DNA of 64,000 nt from a virus: positions 57,011 through 121,010 of IMG/VR virus record IMGVR_UViG_3300027763_000032. The stretch is one strand, 5' to 3'. This document shows positions 59,801 to 64,000 of the stretch, piece after piece (positions within the stretch are counted from its first letter, which is position 1; each line of letters opens with the position of its first letter). Position numbers and translations under genes: made by a program. The notes under the pieces were generated by a model that made no database searches, had not been told where the DNA came from, and saw only the letters and a program-made list of their open reading frames with translations.

Positions 59801-60302
59801 TAATGTCTGTTGACTGTCCTAAAACTGTAATCGGTTGTGGACCCGTTGGTAACCAATAGTATTCTCTATAGTTAACAAATTTATCCCAATCAATATTAGG
59901 ATTCCATGCATAGTATTCTTCGCTATTAACTTTGCTGTGATCTAAAGTAGTTCCTGCAAAGAAATTTAATTGATTGATATAATCATTATAATCTTTAAAA
60001 AATGTAACATTATCTAAAGAATCTTTAGAAATAATAGCCGGTTCGAGTTGATATGCGGCTCTGTCAACGCTGACTTCTTCTAAGTATCTGTCTGCCGATG
60101 TAAATGCAGGTGTATTTTTACGACCAATAAAAGCGTTTACTTTTCCAACAGTTCCCTCGTTGATCATTTGATCAACTGTAGCACTTAAGAATTTTTGGTT
60201 TGCCGGAGTTCTATAATATTTAGGAAGAAAATCTAACGACGTTCTTTTATTATTGTCTCCAATAGGTAACGCTGATTCTTGTTGGTTGTTATCGAATGCC
60301 AT
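44820..60302 (-). CDS. giant (5160 aa) baseplate/virion structural protein, multi-domain
   Basis: Uninterrupted ORF downstream of the gp6-like wedge gene; FG-GAP-like propeller repeats, IPT/TIG-like domain, CBM-like W..Y..GD motifs, GxGY repeats. Confidence 0.8.
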   Translation of the reverse strand: MAFDNNQQESALPIGDNNKRTSLDFLPKYYRTPANQKFLSATVDQMINEGTVGKVNAFIGRKNTPAFTSADRYLEEVSVDRAAYQLEPAIISKDSLDNVTFFKDYNDYINQLNFFAGTTLDHSKVNSEEYYAWNPNIDWDKFVNYREYYWLPTGPQPITVLGQSTDINSTYIVKLINEVDNIAYLFTPDGLTANPKFKLYRGQTYTFEIDCEDRPFAFKTVRTTGDADLYTNGITVRNDKNVIVPSTSHVKKGSIEFTVPLNAPNILYYVSETDINTSGYFTVFDITESTQIDVDNEIIGKKYYTTSSGTTLSNGMKLSFSGQVTPEKYSTGNWYVEGVGTAIILVAEKDLETPSAYTSDLEVEFDNENFDTQGFDVNNNFPANKDYLVINRGSKDRNPWSRHNRWFHRNLIEASATANNQPLILDQTARAKRPIIEFNSNIQLWNFGRIAKQNVTLVDTFTTDVFSTIEGSYGYNVDNINLVEGMRVLFTADTDVRVSGRIFTVSFVTHLGQRRITLLPTDDTDPQDGETVLVTEGRSYRGAMFHYMDGTWMQSQAKTDINQSPLFEVVDPTGISYGNTTKYPGTTFSGTKLFSYQLGTTYDTELGFNITYRNIGNFGDIVFNFNLHTDKHTYQSNTTLVAPINIELGYLRLNNTLTSFDHANGWSIATAKTKQYVVRQYVIDQVRNMFLIDAYADSGLLTDLTVRVYVNGQRKYNTEYTITIINNQAYVEFFKDLVVDDVLIVKTTSSAPKVNGYYEFPSNLEHNPQNLSLDTFTLGEINNHVSSIADNIDSFIGTVPGSASLRDLGNITPLGTKIVQHAAPLLPIAYHITNKNYNVINALKTARLDYAKFKRNLLRKATDYGYDGVTRIHLDLILKEVVKDFTTASPYYLSDMIPAGPSFIFEQEIIDDSITEYPLIFDFDLTTVSEHAVLVYVNDNLLVYGKDYEFADVNFVKILSTIASGDNLKIVQYEKTDGCFLPPTPTKYGLYPKFEPQIFIDTTYQTPTKVIQGHDGSITVAFNDFRDDLLLEFERRIYNNIKVAYDTRLFDIYDFIPGYSRTTDVSFDDLNSIMAGDFLHWSNLIADDYTKHSFFVRNNPKTYNYREFRSSTGTELPGFWRGIFKLVYDTDRPHTHPWEMLGLSIKPTWWDAEYGPAPYTSNNLILWNDLANGIVKSPNSNFVKNSKFVRPHLLSMLPVNEDGELLAPSDIGIIDGYTSSLIEGKFRFGDQAPIESAWRRSAEYPFSLITALTILRPAQVFASCFDRTRQYRDDTGQLVYKVDNGNLRFNVVNLITPSTSDSASRVHTAGLVNYITDYIIGRQSLSEISVYKNELTNLIVRLSSKLGGFTTKEKFKLILDSRNPLNTGNVFIPEENYNIILNTSSPVASIDYSAVIIEKATTGFIIRGYNKFLPAFKYLKPLIINHDSEINIGGVSASFTTWTANQYYTKDKIIFFNNQYYRTTVSHQASAVFEIKYFAKLPSLPLTGGRQIVIRTKFEDAVSTLHYGAELRTIQEVVDFLLGYGAYLKSIGVLFENFNSTIRTITDFQTSAKEFAFWTTQNWSAGAVISVSPCAEEVKFSQKYSVVDNIYDSFYEYSILKQDGAALSSLYTGNTREGNLFTLSPKNTADGIYHATLNLVQKEHVLILDNTTIFNDVIYDQVQGYRQERIKVVGYRTTNWNGDFDIPGFIYDRAIVKFWKVWTDYKLGDTVKYKEFYYSAKTNVPGSEQFDHSEWNKLEARPEPKLIPNWDYRANQFPDFYDLDTDSFDLDQQKFAQHLIGYQKRQYLENIINDDVSQYKFYQGFITEKGTENSFAKLFDALSTSTKESLEFYEEWAIRVGQYGANASFDEVEFRLDEVKFLINPQPVELVKSIDNSLLDFVYRILPDQVYLKSKTYSHAPFETHQLPNYYVSTAGYVNAEDVEYKLNTVDEIVSVNINKLNDGYYFWVANDKNTWNVYRFTLFENLIRKFVITQNTIRITLNRVVDTDIKVDNYIGINNSIATLEGFYKVTAVGVDYIEFDKPKLLNTANTVDLTLNLYKFVSVRVPSIEIINNLGIAKKKDGDLVWVDGIDNQWAVWKYQNSYNPTTVANNKSHFGINVSVNEASTVMIVSIENSMLYYTRPTAKSNWAYREELSPVTTQDANDPNPTILLTNNSFASSTSVRGDGLYLAAGAPAANAAPLVVGSTTSNGNRLILSAGTTANFILNGPIVFSNTALGTIVAGRTYYVSQIIDPIRFTISATPGGEVFVLENRAGAMPVYANHGYVVLYTRNANGYYVFSNLVTAPTKTNNQFFGHKVAIVGDKLFVASKGSATVAPSLTVYYISKLVANALDSTFVSSSATVGSPVVFTSEFAAGLELKDMSVAANGNVILSFSDASINGNDKIRVWNYSNNYEFNKDVQTIESTLPAKSNFGSTIAVSKDGVKLAIGAPTYSNAHLNEGAVEVYYNIPSAFTEWSVILPGVTTSTTTKITITPGIKTFTVRKSGIGLRLNIVATFGTLRANPVIVAAGTNYAVNDIVFISGGDGKASYKVTQVNPSTGAVVAGELLTRGTNYNSNPSAVTIPKPLNILDLQRVTITHDLSNYMVGVVTSYDDATATLVVNVKEAYTPGEYVLKEKLSNPYNRGSEYFGSTVKFNTVGDQLAIASAGGRQLSRTQFDNNKTVFDLDSTTFLETELGSGSVMLYDHYENKFIFSDSLDVGDAVGSKYGSAIAMSDRVYISDYNTLTGAVHEFYSENKSWYKFRTPSQLVNIDKIKSVFLYDIEDSSIITYLDIVDPLQGKILSIAEDELKFKTYYDPATYSIGDDTVVVDTLMSWKEKNVGQLWWDLSSAKFIDPNQGPILYKANSWNTLFEDQLVSVYEWVQSEYTPSEWDKLADTEAGLTLGISGTSKYGSTVYSISKTFDTISKTFKNIYYFWVKNKVTVPNVTGRSVSARDVANYISSPKNMGVSYISFHGTNQFSLVNCKDLIASRKVSLNVRYWIIDNFEQSNIHSHYQLLSTSDIDKPINKYIEQKWIDSLSGFDKLGNEVPDAKLPAKLKYGIQSRPRQSMFINRVEALKQFIERVNSVMAAQSIIDDVDLTSLNSKDEAPSLGSGKYDYEISSYSQIRFVGTNEIVRAVLSPVIENGKLARVNILTSGKGYINPPEVTITGIGSGAKITTILGSKGQIISATVDKPGNGYLESTSLSVRTLSVLVTSDETANNRWALYTWNSLKKTWFRERSQTYDTTRYWKYIDWYSAGYSEFTKLDHILDFAYQLPSANIEIGEIVKVNNQGIGGWVLLEKIDNQEVLETTVNYKIVGRQSGTIKFTDNLYRFADNAEGFDGPTFDSYVFDDQPKAELTIILNTIKNIIFVDNLAKEYKELFFASLRYAFSEQKSIDWAFKTSFVRSKHNLGPLKQKPTYQNDNLPSYQEYINEAKPYRSKIREFVSTYEIFEPTGSQVSDFDLPPKYDQTTNTVIPFQTSISDGILTYSSNDIKQYPYSDWLYSTGFNLTEIRIVDGGSGYVTAPIVTIEPAPATISAKAYLSSGKISTIVISDPFKENFLVTPIIRIEGSIADGGTPARAVAILSNSLVRSTKIGIKFDRVSPEYTFGSILAKETFIASGSKTRFELKWPIDVIKTRTTVSDNNGEILGADYIVFNELDPSYSYPRYKGILQFNSAPANLSKVVIEYHKNISLLDAADRINYFYNPEFGQLGKDLGQLMQGVDYGGVEIAGIGFDVGSGYDALPWFTTGYDQFDPDFTDFLIKSDGIARSFTLNYAPTEIEYINVYWTGNRSYITATPLGTGDVNSSSLSVTNANGIKKGQLVLGTGIQSNTTVSDIVGAKITLTKALVQAASGTYSFRTTETFNRRLDDPNYIKVKPLLDKLIAVKNEKLAIVNGLATAQEDKDFNITLLADLTRQLDILFDARTAAEALLLQAQIALDNAIVFGDQQLIDQRQEVKDAKQEIYNNLNSDYIVTQQNAVTAQFARDNAIALITTGASQLVAYEGTSTIASVQIFDIFGRLILPSGLRLVGQSIRITGTLSNGTIQGYASGKTYYIGEVINSTSVRITSTYAKALATGNDRFDVVTTAGIITPGATVTLNGKVNTVQNEIENFPSIVNQDAIMNSFIGDGVSTGPIVIPNNTTFTTAFGIDIQAGDSIILRKNTSDGSFKPSDIQYDTQLFGGDFAYVSATGLAAEDINVDGDGFVTPTSSYAPEEVVTGQVVDTVDITVYHKIGDGAPIIESNRYLKQAGIEVYDIGQRPGTSSSVIVKVAGNVIKQNVNYSVDTITNQIELITSYPTNSEIVITSLSQNGLNILDLDYFVGDGTTDEFVSVARWSTNATAFVTIDGEAVDVIVFKTDSQYTLVGTIGIRFAVPPTEGAIINYTILGSAVDSISKVQKQTIVHNGVDTTYELTTDPEFVKPLANNVLVVTDGSILRPADTFYFIVAGTSRTYTVDSSRYAFNTVDSSTVIVAVNGVNIVQGIDYFWFPINNQLKVKKGVAKTGDKISLSIVANSDYNIISTDNNLSIELLGEYTANTVITVITFSNHDILEIEREHDRTTSASTLVAGAKEYYRYNQLAGGRIKLRRPAVASQYVWITLNNKLLTPDVDYALESNMNHISFTPRIDFVETDIIDIIAFSNKVTRSSFGYKIFKDMLNKNSYSRIDDASSTTLAKTLNYYDTAIELVDGSVLPEPSARLNKPGVVFIDSERIEYLKKDGNVIRQLKRGTLGTGVKTVYAEGTLVRDQSVIQTVPYKDEFMSSVTVSDGYTNGASIYTNSPELTITSVTFPGEDQTADLSGSQTVTVTGTGFKINVKVFVGDVDCVVNRISNTQLTFVTPAKSVGAYDLVIYNPPISSLPQFTTVSASGIVTDASLTTTITGLSNANSIFRAGMVLTKISGDGSIGGLTVITEVNSNTQITIKSTTANTYGSIVFKGTEDVKTVTIAGTISTAGLVSTVTLTGSYVKNGITIPNNTSGLLVGQVVSKVSGAGNFGALAIITSIDSLTTFTVTATSANTIGSLIFNINNQVPTSRVISKGIKYLKIQLDFKLTVPVADASWYRKTIPSAYNQCNDVEVFVAGRRLRKTSYTIWNPNLGPDSPSGDKAYEAEFSVTSASNQQPMQIRLTEVPEAGQYIVVQKRVGQAWTTEGVGLADSGSDPAKFIRSTYALMPDKNKV

Positions 60303-60316
60303 GTAATATTCCTTCT

Positions 60317-63300
60317 TTACGCACTTGTGATGTCATTGTTGTTTAACGGAATTGATGTTAGTACTGTGCCACTTGCATTAATTCTTGCCGCAGTAATCTC
60401 TGAAATGATCTCAATATCATCAACTGTTGCAGAGCTAATTAATAGTTCATCTGCATTTGACGTTATTTCAAATAAACTACCAAATGCTAAATCTTGTTGT
60501 TTTGGTACAATTACTATGTTTACTAGGTTGGGACTTAGTTGACGAATAATATATGCAGACAGTTCTCCAAAATAAAACGTATCTCCAAATTCCCAATTTT
60601 CTAAAGCAAAAAATTCGTTAATTGCAGTTATGACTCCCGACTTAATGTCATTGTCACTTATTACTACATTAGAATTTTTTACCACTTTGAATACACCCTG
60701 TAGGCTAGTGGCGGCATTTTTACCAAATAGAGGTTTGTATTTTGCAGGGTGATAAACGATCTCATCGCTTATTGATTTTACTTTGTTGATGTCTGTACTA
60801 AAATTTGTGTATAGTGCATCACTGCTAGGAGGCAACGGCTTAGTAATTACTTCACCTGCAAGCCAACGTCTGTATAATACATCATATGTTTTAGTCAACA
60901 TAAAGATATCTATGATGTTTGTTGCGGCAGGGTCTAATCTTGCCGCGTTATCTGCGGCATGTATATACTGAAATTTTAAATTATCTCTGCCCAAGAAACC
61001 TCTATATTCATTAGTAATTATAAAACTAGTTGAGGCTTTATTAAACGTCTTAACTAGATTTTCTTTAATAATATAAATTAACTGGCCGTCATCTAAGGTT
61101 AAAGGAACTGCTTCTTGGCTTAGATATACGTTGATTAAGTCATTTGTATTTTCAATGTAATAAAAATCTGTAGATCCGTCCAGTGCAACTTGTCGCTTTT
61201 GAAAAATAAATTTAGATGTGGTATTTGTTGATGGGCTAACAATGTTTTTAAATAGTTCTGGGTCATCAACTATGCCGTCTTCATTGCTGTCAAAGAAGCT
61301 GATAGAAATTTTCTTAGTGTCAATATAGCCGTCACTACCTAAATATTCGTCAATAATTTCCCAATCAAAATTTTGATTAAACGCAGACAACACGTCAGGC
61401 TGTGTATTAATACTCATGACTGAAATTTTATCTCTAATTACTTTTCCTGTAGATGGATCGTAGACCTTAGAAGTACTATCAAAGAAAAATCTCATTTCTT
61501 TAAAACTTTCAAATACATATCTTAGGCCGCGATACGTTGCAAGATATGATGTTCCGTCAGTTTCAAACAATAATATCCAGCTTGCGTCTAGTTGTTGATT
61601 ACTTGAATCGCCGGTTTTTCCTAGACTAAATGCAGATTTTTTATCAATATTAGATTCTGTAATAATTTTCCATACAGTATCTGAGCTGTCATATCTTAGA
61701 GCAAAATTCTTATTGGCAGCAATTAAATCAATAATTTTATTCTTAACGCTATCTTCAAGCGCAGTAACAAATTTTGGCACCGCAGTATCACAAACAGCAC
61801 CTGATGGCACTATTTCGTTTAGTGTTACCGGGCCGAGTCCCGAAGGTAATACGCCAAGATTTTTTGCTGTACCGTCTCCGACTACCTGTACAACTCGTGT
61901 CCAAATTCCTGTTTTAGCAGATACAGGTGCACCGGCTTCGTCAATTAGTTTATTATCACTACTGAACAATTTACCAGGAGGCGGAGTAAATTTTAACATT
62001 GCCCCGGGAATGATAAATCTTAAATTTGAAAATGTAGCAGATCCTAATTTTTTAATTGCAGTAGTCTGCGTATTATCATTAATATATCCCGTTGATATAT
62101 TTGTAGCAGAAGTAACTTGTGTAAAAGAAGAAAATGCAACTCCCAACGATACAAACGCATAGCTGTCTAAATAAAAATCTTTAATTGTACGACTAGCAAG
62201 TACCGGTTCTATTTGATTCAATACTGCATTTTCAATATCAGTTCTAGTGTTGTATGAAAATTTAAAACTGCCAATGATAGGCTCTTTGTATAAAATGCCG
62301 TCTGTTCCAAACAAATTAGTATGGCTATATTTTCCGGTAGAATCTTTTAGATCAAAGTATCTACTGATGCCGGAACTTACTCGGTTAACTGATTTGACTT
62401 TAATAATTTCTTGATTAACACTCAATGGGAATACGTTGTAGTCTTCTCCGGTAATCATACGATTTTGTGTATAGTATGTTGACGGTGCGTTAGTTTTAAT
62501 GCTGTCACTTGTTTCGCTTGCGGAAGCATTTTGAACAGTATAGTTTAATCCAGCTGAGACTGATAGTATTTCTTGTTTGCCAGATTTGTTACTGATGTAG
62601 GGAATATCAAATGTTACGTTTTTAATATTAGAAGGACTAATTGCATATTCAAATCCATTACTAACTCGGTAGTATACTCTAAAATTGCCTTGAGGCAAAT
62701 CGCCAAACGTGCCGTCAGCAAAGTTTAAACGAACACGATCACCTGTGCGTGTAATTACTGAAAATATTTTTCTAACACTTTTAGAAAGAGAATTATATAT
62801 GATATTATTGCCTTCAACTGCATCAACTTTTGTCCATTCTTGAGACAATAGTCCTGCGCTGTCTAAACTGTACAGCCAAATATCTGAGTTGTTAATATTA
62901 GAACTATCTAGGTCAACAGTTTCATTTGTACTCGGTCGTTGAATAGAAAATGTTCCCTGATTTAAACTTCCCTGACGGAAGTGAACAAAGAATCCAGTAT
63001 TAGTGCTAGGAGAACCGCCACCGTCGTCACGATATAAAAATGCCAAGTTAGTACCGGGCATTGGTGGCTCTTCATAGATGTTTAGAGAATTTTTAATTGC
63101 ACAAGATACAATTTCAAAATTCATATTTCTGCCATCAATGTTCTTGGTAAATCCATAAATTGGAGCATCTGTGTTAGTTGCATTAAAACGATATTGCTGT
63201 GTTCTAATGCCAGCAATAGTTCCAGAATCTTGTGGTTTGCCAAACTGTCCAGTTGACGGCAATGCAGAATTTACTACTTTTATGAACTGTTCGTACCAAT

Positions 63301-63751
63301 TGGTATTGGCACTATCGTTCCACACAATTGTTTGGTTAGCAAGGCTACGGCCGTTGCTGTCTATAATAGCTTCACTAGTTCTTACTGAGCTAAACTTTAA
63401 TAGACCATTAGCACATTGATTTCTTTTGGGGTTATAACTGAGTAGACGTGCTAGACGTAGGACACTTTCACGGCGGTCTGCTAGTTCAAGAAAATTCTCA
63501 CGAGCATTTAAATCAAAGCGGAAGGCAAGATTCTGTCCAAGAAAGGCAATTAGATCAATTAGGGCTAGGTACTCGCTTGACTCAATATAGTCGTTAAAGT
63601 CTTCTGGGTAGTTTTCACGCAGATATGTGATCATTGTTCGACGTAGATTGTCGAAATCGTAGCTTTTAAAATCAGCGTTTTTAAAGCTCTGGTATACCTT
63701 TTTCCAGTCTTCTGCCGCAATTAATTTGTTTTGTCTATCTATACTTGACAT
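60317..63751 (-). CDS. baseplate wedge subunit (T4 gp6-like)
   Basis: DFxxLR..MI.YL, NDYIESSEY..LIDL.A, IKTNAP..YYTQNRMITGEDY. Confidence 0.8.
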   Translation of the reverse strand: MSSIDRQNKLIAAEDWKKVYQSFKNADFKSYDFDNLRRTMITYLRENYPEDFNDYIESSEYLALIDLIAFLGQNLAFRFDLNARENFLELADRRESVLRLARLLSYNPKRNQCANGLLKFSSVRTSEAIIDSNGRSLANQTIVWNDSANTNWYEQFIKVVNSALPSTGQFGKPQDSGTIAGIRTQQYRFNATNTDAPIYGFTKNIDGRNMNFEIVSCAIKNSLNIYEEPPMPGTNLAFLYRDDGGGSPSTNTGFFVHFRQGSLNQGTFSIQRPSTNETVDLDSSNINNSDIWLYSLDSAGLLSQEWTKVDAVEGNNIIYNSLSKSVRKIFSVITRTGDRVRLNFADGTFGDLPQGNFRVYYRVSNGFEYAISPSNIKNVTFDIPYISNKSGKQEILSVSAGLNYTVQNASASETSDSIKTNAPSTYYTQNRMITGEDYNVFPLSVNQEIIKVKSVNRVSSGISRYFDLKDSTGKYSHTNLFGTDGILYKEPIIGSFKFSYNTRTDIENAVLNQIEPVLASRTIKDFYLDSYAFVSLGVAFSSFTQVTSATNISTGYINDNTQTTAIKKLGSATFSNLRFIIPGAMLKFTPPPGKLFSSDNKLIDEAGAPVSAKTGIWTRVVQVVGDGTAKNLGVLPSGLGPVTLNEIVPSGAVCDTAVPKFVTALEDSVKNKIIDLIAANKNFALRYDSSDTVWKIITESNIDKKSAFSLGKTGDSSNQQLDASWILLFETDGTSYLATYRGLRYVFESFKEMRFFFDSTSKVYDPSTGKVIRDKISVMSINTQPDVLSAFNQNFDWEIIDEYLGSDGYIDTKKISISFFDSNEDGIVDDPELFKNIVSPSTNTTSKFIFQKRQVALDGSTDFYYIENTNDLINVYLSQEAVPLTLDDGQLIYIIKENLVKTFNKASTSFIITNEYRGFLGRDNLKFQYIHAADNAARLDPAATNIIDIFMLTKTYDVLYRRWLAGEVITKPLPPSSDALYTNFSTDINKVKSISDEIVYHPAKYKPLFGKNAATSLQGVFKVVKNSNVVISDNDIKSGVITAINEFFALENWEFGDTFYFGELSAYIIRQLSPNLVNIVIVPKQQDLAFGSLFEITSNADELLISSATVDDIEIISEITAARINASGTVLTSIPLNNNDITSA

Positions 63752-63770
63752 ACTCAGTCCTCATTATAGA

Positions 63771-63777
63771 TATTTAT
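63771..63777 (-). promoter_or_regulatory. late-type promoter core (G)ATAAATA
   Basis: 20 nt upstream of ATG 63751, GAGG SD in between. Confidence 0.6.
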
Positions 63778-63801
63778 CGTATAGATAAAGTGGGCAGTTT
63801 A

Positions 63802-63999
63802 TTAACCGAGTAGACTGTTGTCTTTGTCAAACTTAAATCGCAGGCTTTCTGATATATTGTATATCAAATAAGTTAGCTCGCACTCTATTTGTATGCCGCT
63901 TTCATATTCACTTACTATGACATTTTGAACTCTAACACGAGGATCATGGTTAATAATAGTGGATACATTTTCTACTATAAGACTTTTAACTTCTTCAGT
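63802..63999 (-). CDS. baseplate wedge gp25-like protein, C-terminal part (truncated by window edge)
   Basis: ..VENVSTIINHDPRVRVQNVIV..GIQIECELTY..; position just upstream of the gp6-like gene. Confidence 0.7.
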   Translation of the reverse strand, partial: TEEVKSLIVENVSTIINHDPRVRVQNVIVSEYESGIQIECELTYLIYNISESLRFKFDKDNSLLG

Positions 64000-64000
64000 T

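Noticed and set aside
37961-63419. Plus-strand ORFs inside the structural genes (e.g. 40828-41331, 42807-43283, 61713-62162)
   Set aside because: Antisense shadows of Thr/Gly/Asn-rich minus-strand genes with no independent signal
63764-63786. TATAGATA direct repeat flanking the late promoter core
   Set aside because: Short AT-rich repeat easily explained by chance
1-64000. Alternative genetic code (stop-codon reassignment, common in some jumbo phages)
   Set aside because: Genes up to 5160 aa and all recognisable enzymes are intact under code 11, with tight stop/start coupling; DHFR ends on TAG
1-64000. CRISPR array, diversity-generating retroelement, integrase, transposase, intron or intein
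   Set aside because: No regularly spaced DNA repeats, RT motifs or TR/VR pair seen by eye; PolB and ThyA are uninterrupted and of normal length. A self dot-plot would be needed to exclude a diverged TR/VR

Overview
A 64-kb segment of a large lytic dsDNA myophage using the standard genetic code. It is T4-superfamily-like and possibly allied to the RaK2/GAP32-type jumbo myoviruses (inference from gene content; host unknown). Plus strand 1-12.5 kb: the C-terminus of a Clp ATPase, then a block behind (G)ATAAATA late-type promoters. About ten proteins in this block start with a capsid-targeting-like peptide (M-R/K-x-x-E/Q-L/F-x-x-E). They include three different nucleotidyltransferase folds in tandem and a HAD phosphatase. 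The block also carries Dps, a fatty-acid desaturase behind a GC-rich structured RNA candidate, and an antisense sulfotransferase. Plus strand 12.5-36.3 kb: sigma70-promoter-driven replication and nucleotide metabolism (PolB with a tandem-hairpin leader, clamp, RNase H-like nuclease, MoxR/VWA, DHFR, ThyA). Within it lies a dispersed 7-deazaguanine DNA-modification region: TGT/DpdA-like, an LxxxHRHxF QueD paralog, FolE and QueE, plus a glycosyltransferase, cupin, PRTase, HIT, an unannotated CDGSH Fe-S protein and a PD-(D/E)xK nuclease. Minus strand 36.3-64 kb: tail-fibre paralogs, a 5160-aa mosaic baseplate/virion protein, a gp6-like wedge and a partial gp25-like gene. No tRNA, rRNA, CRISPR array, integrase or reverse transcriptase was seen. 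All family calls come from reading motifs by eye, not from database searches.
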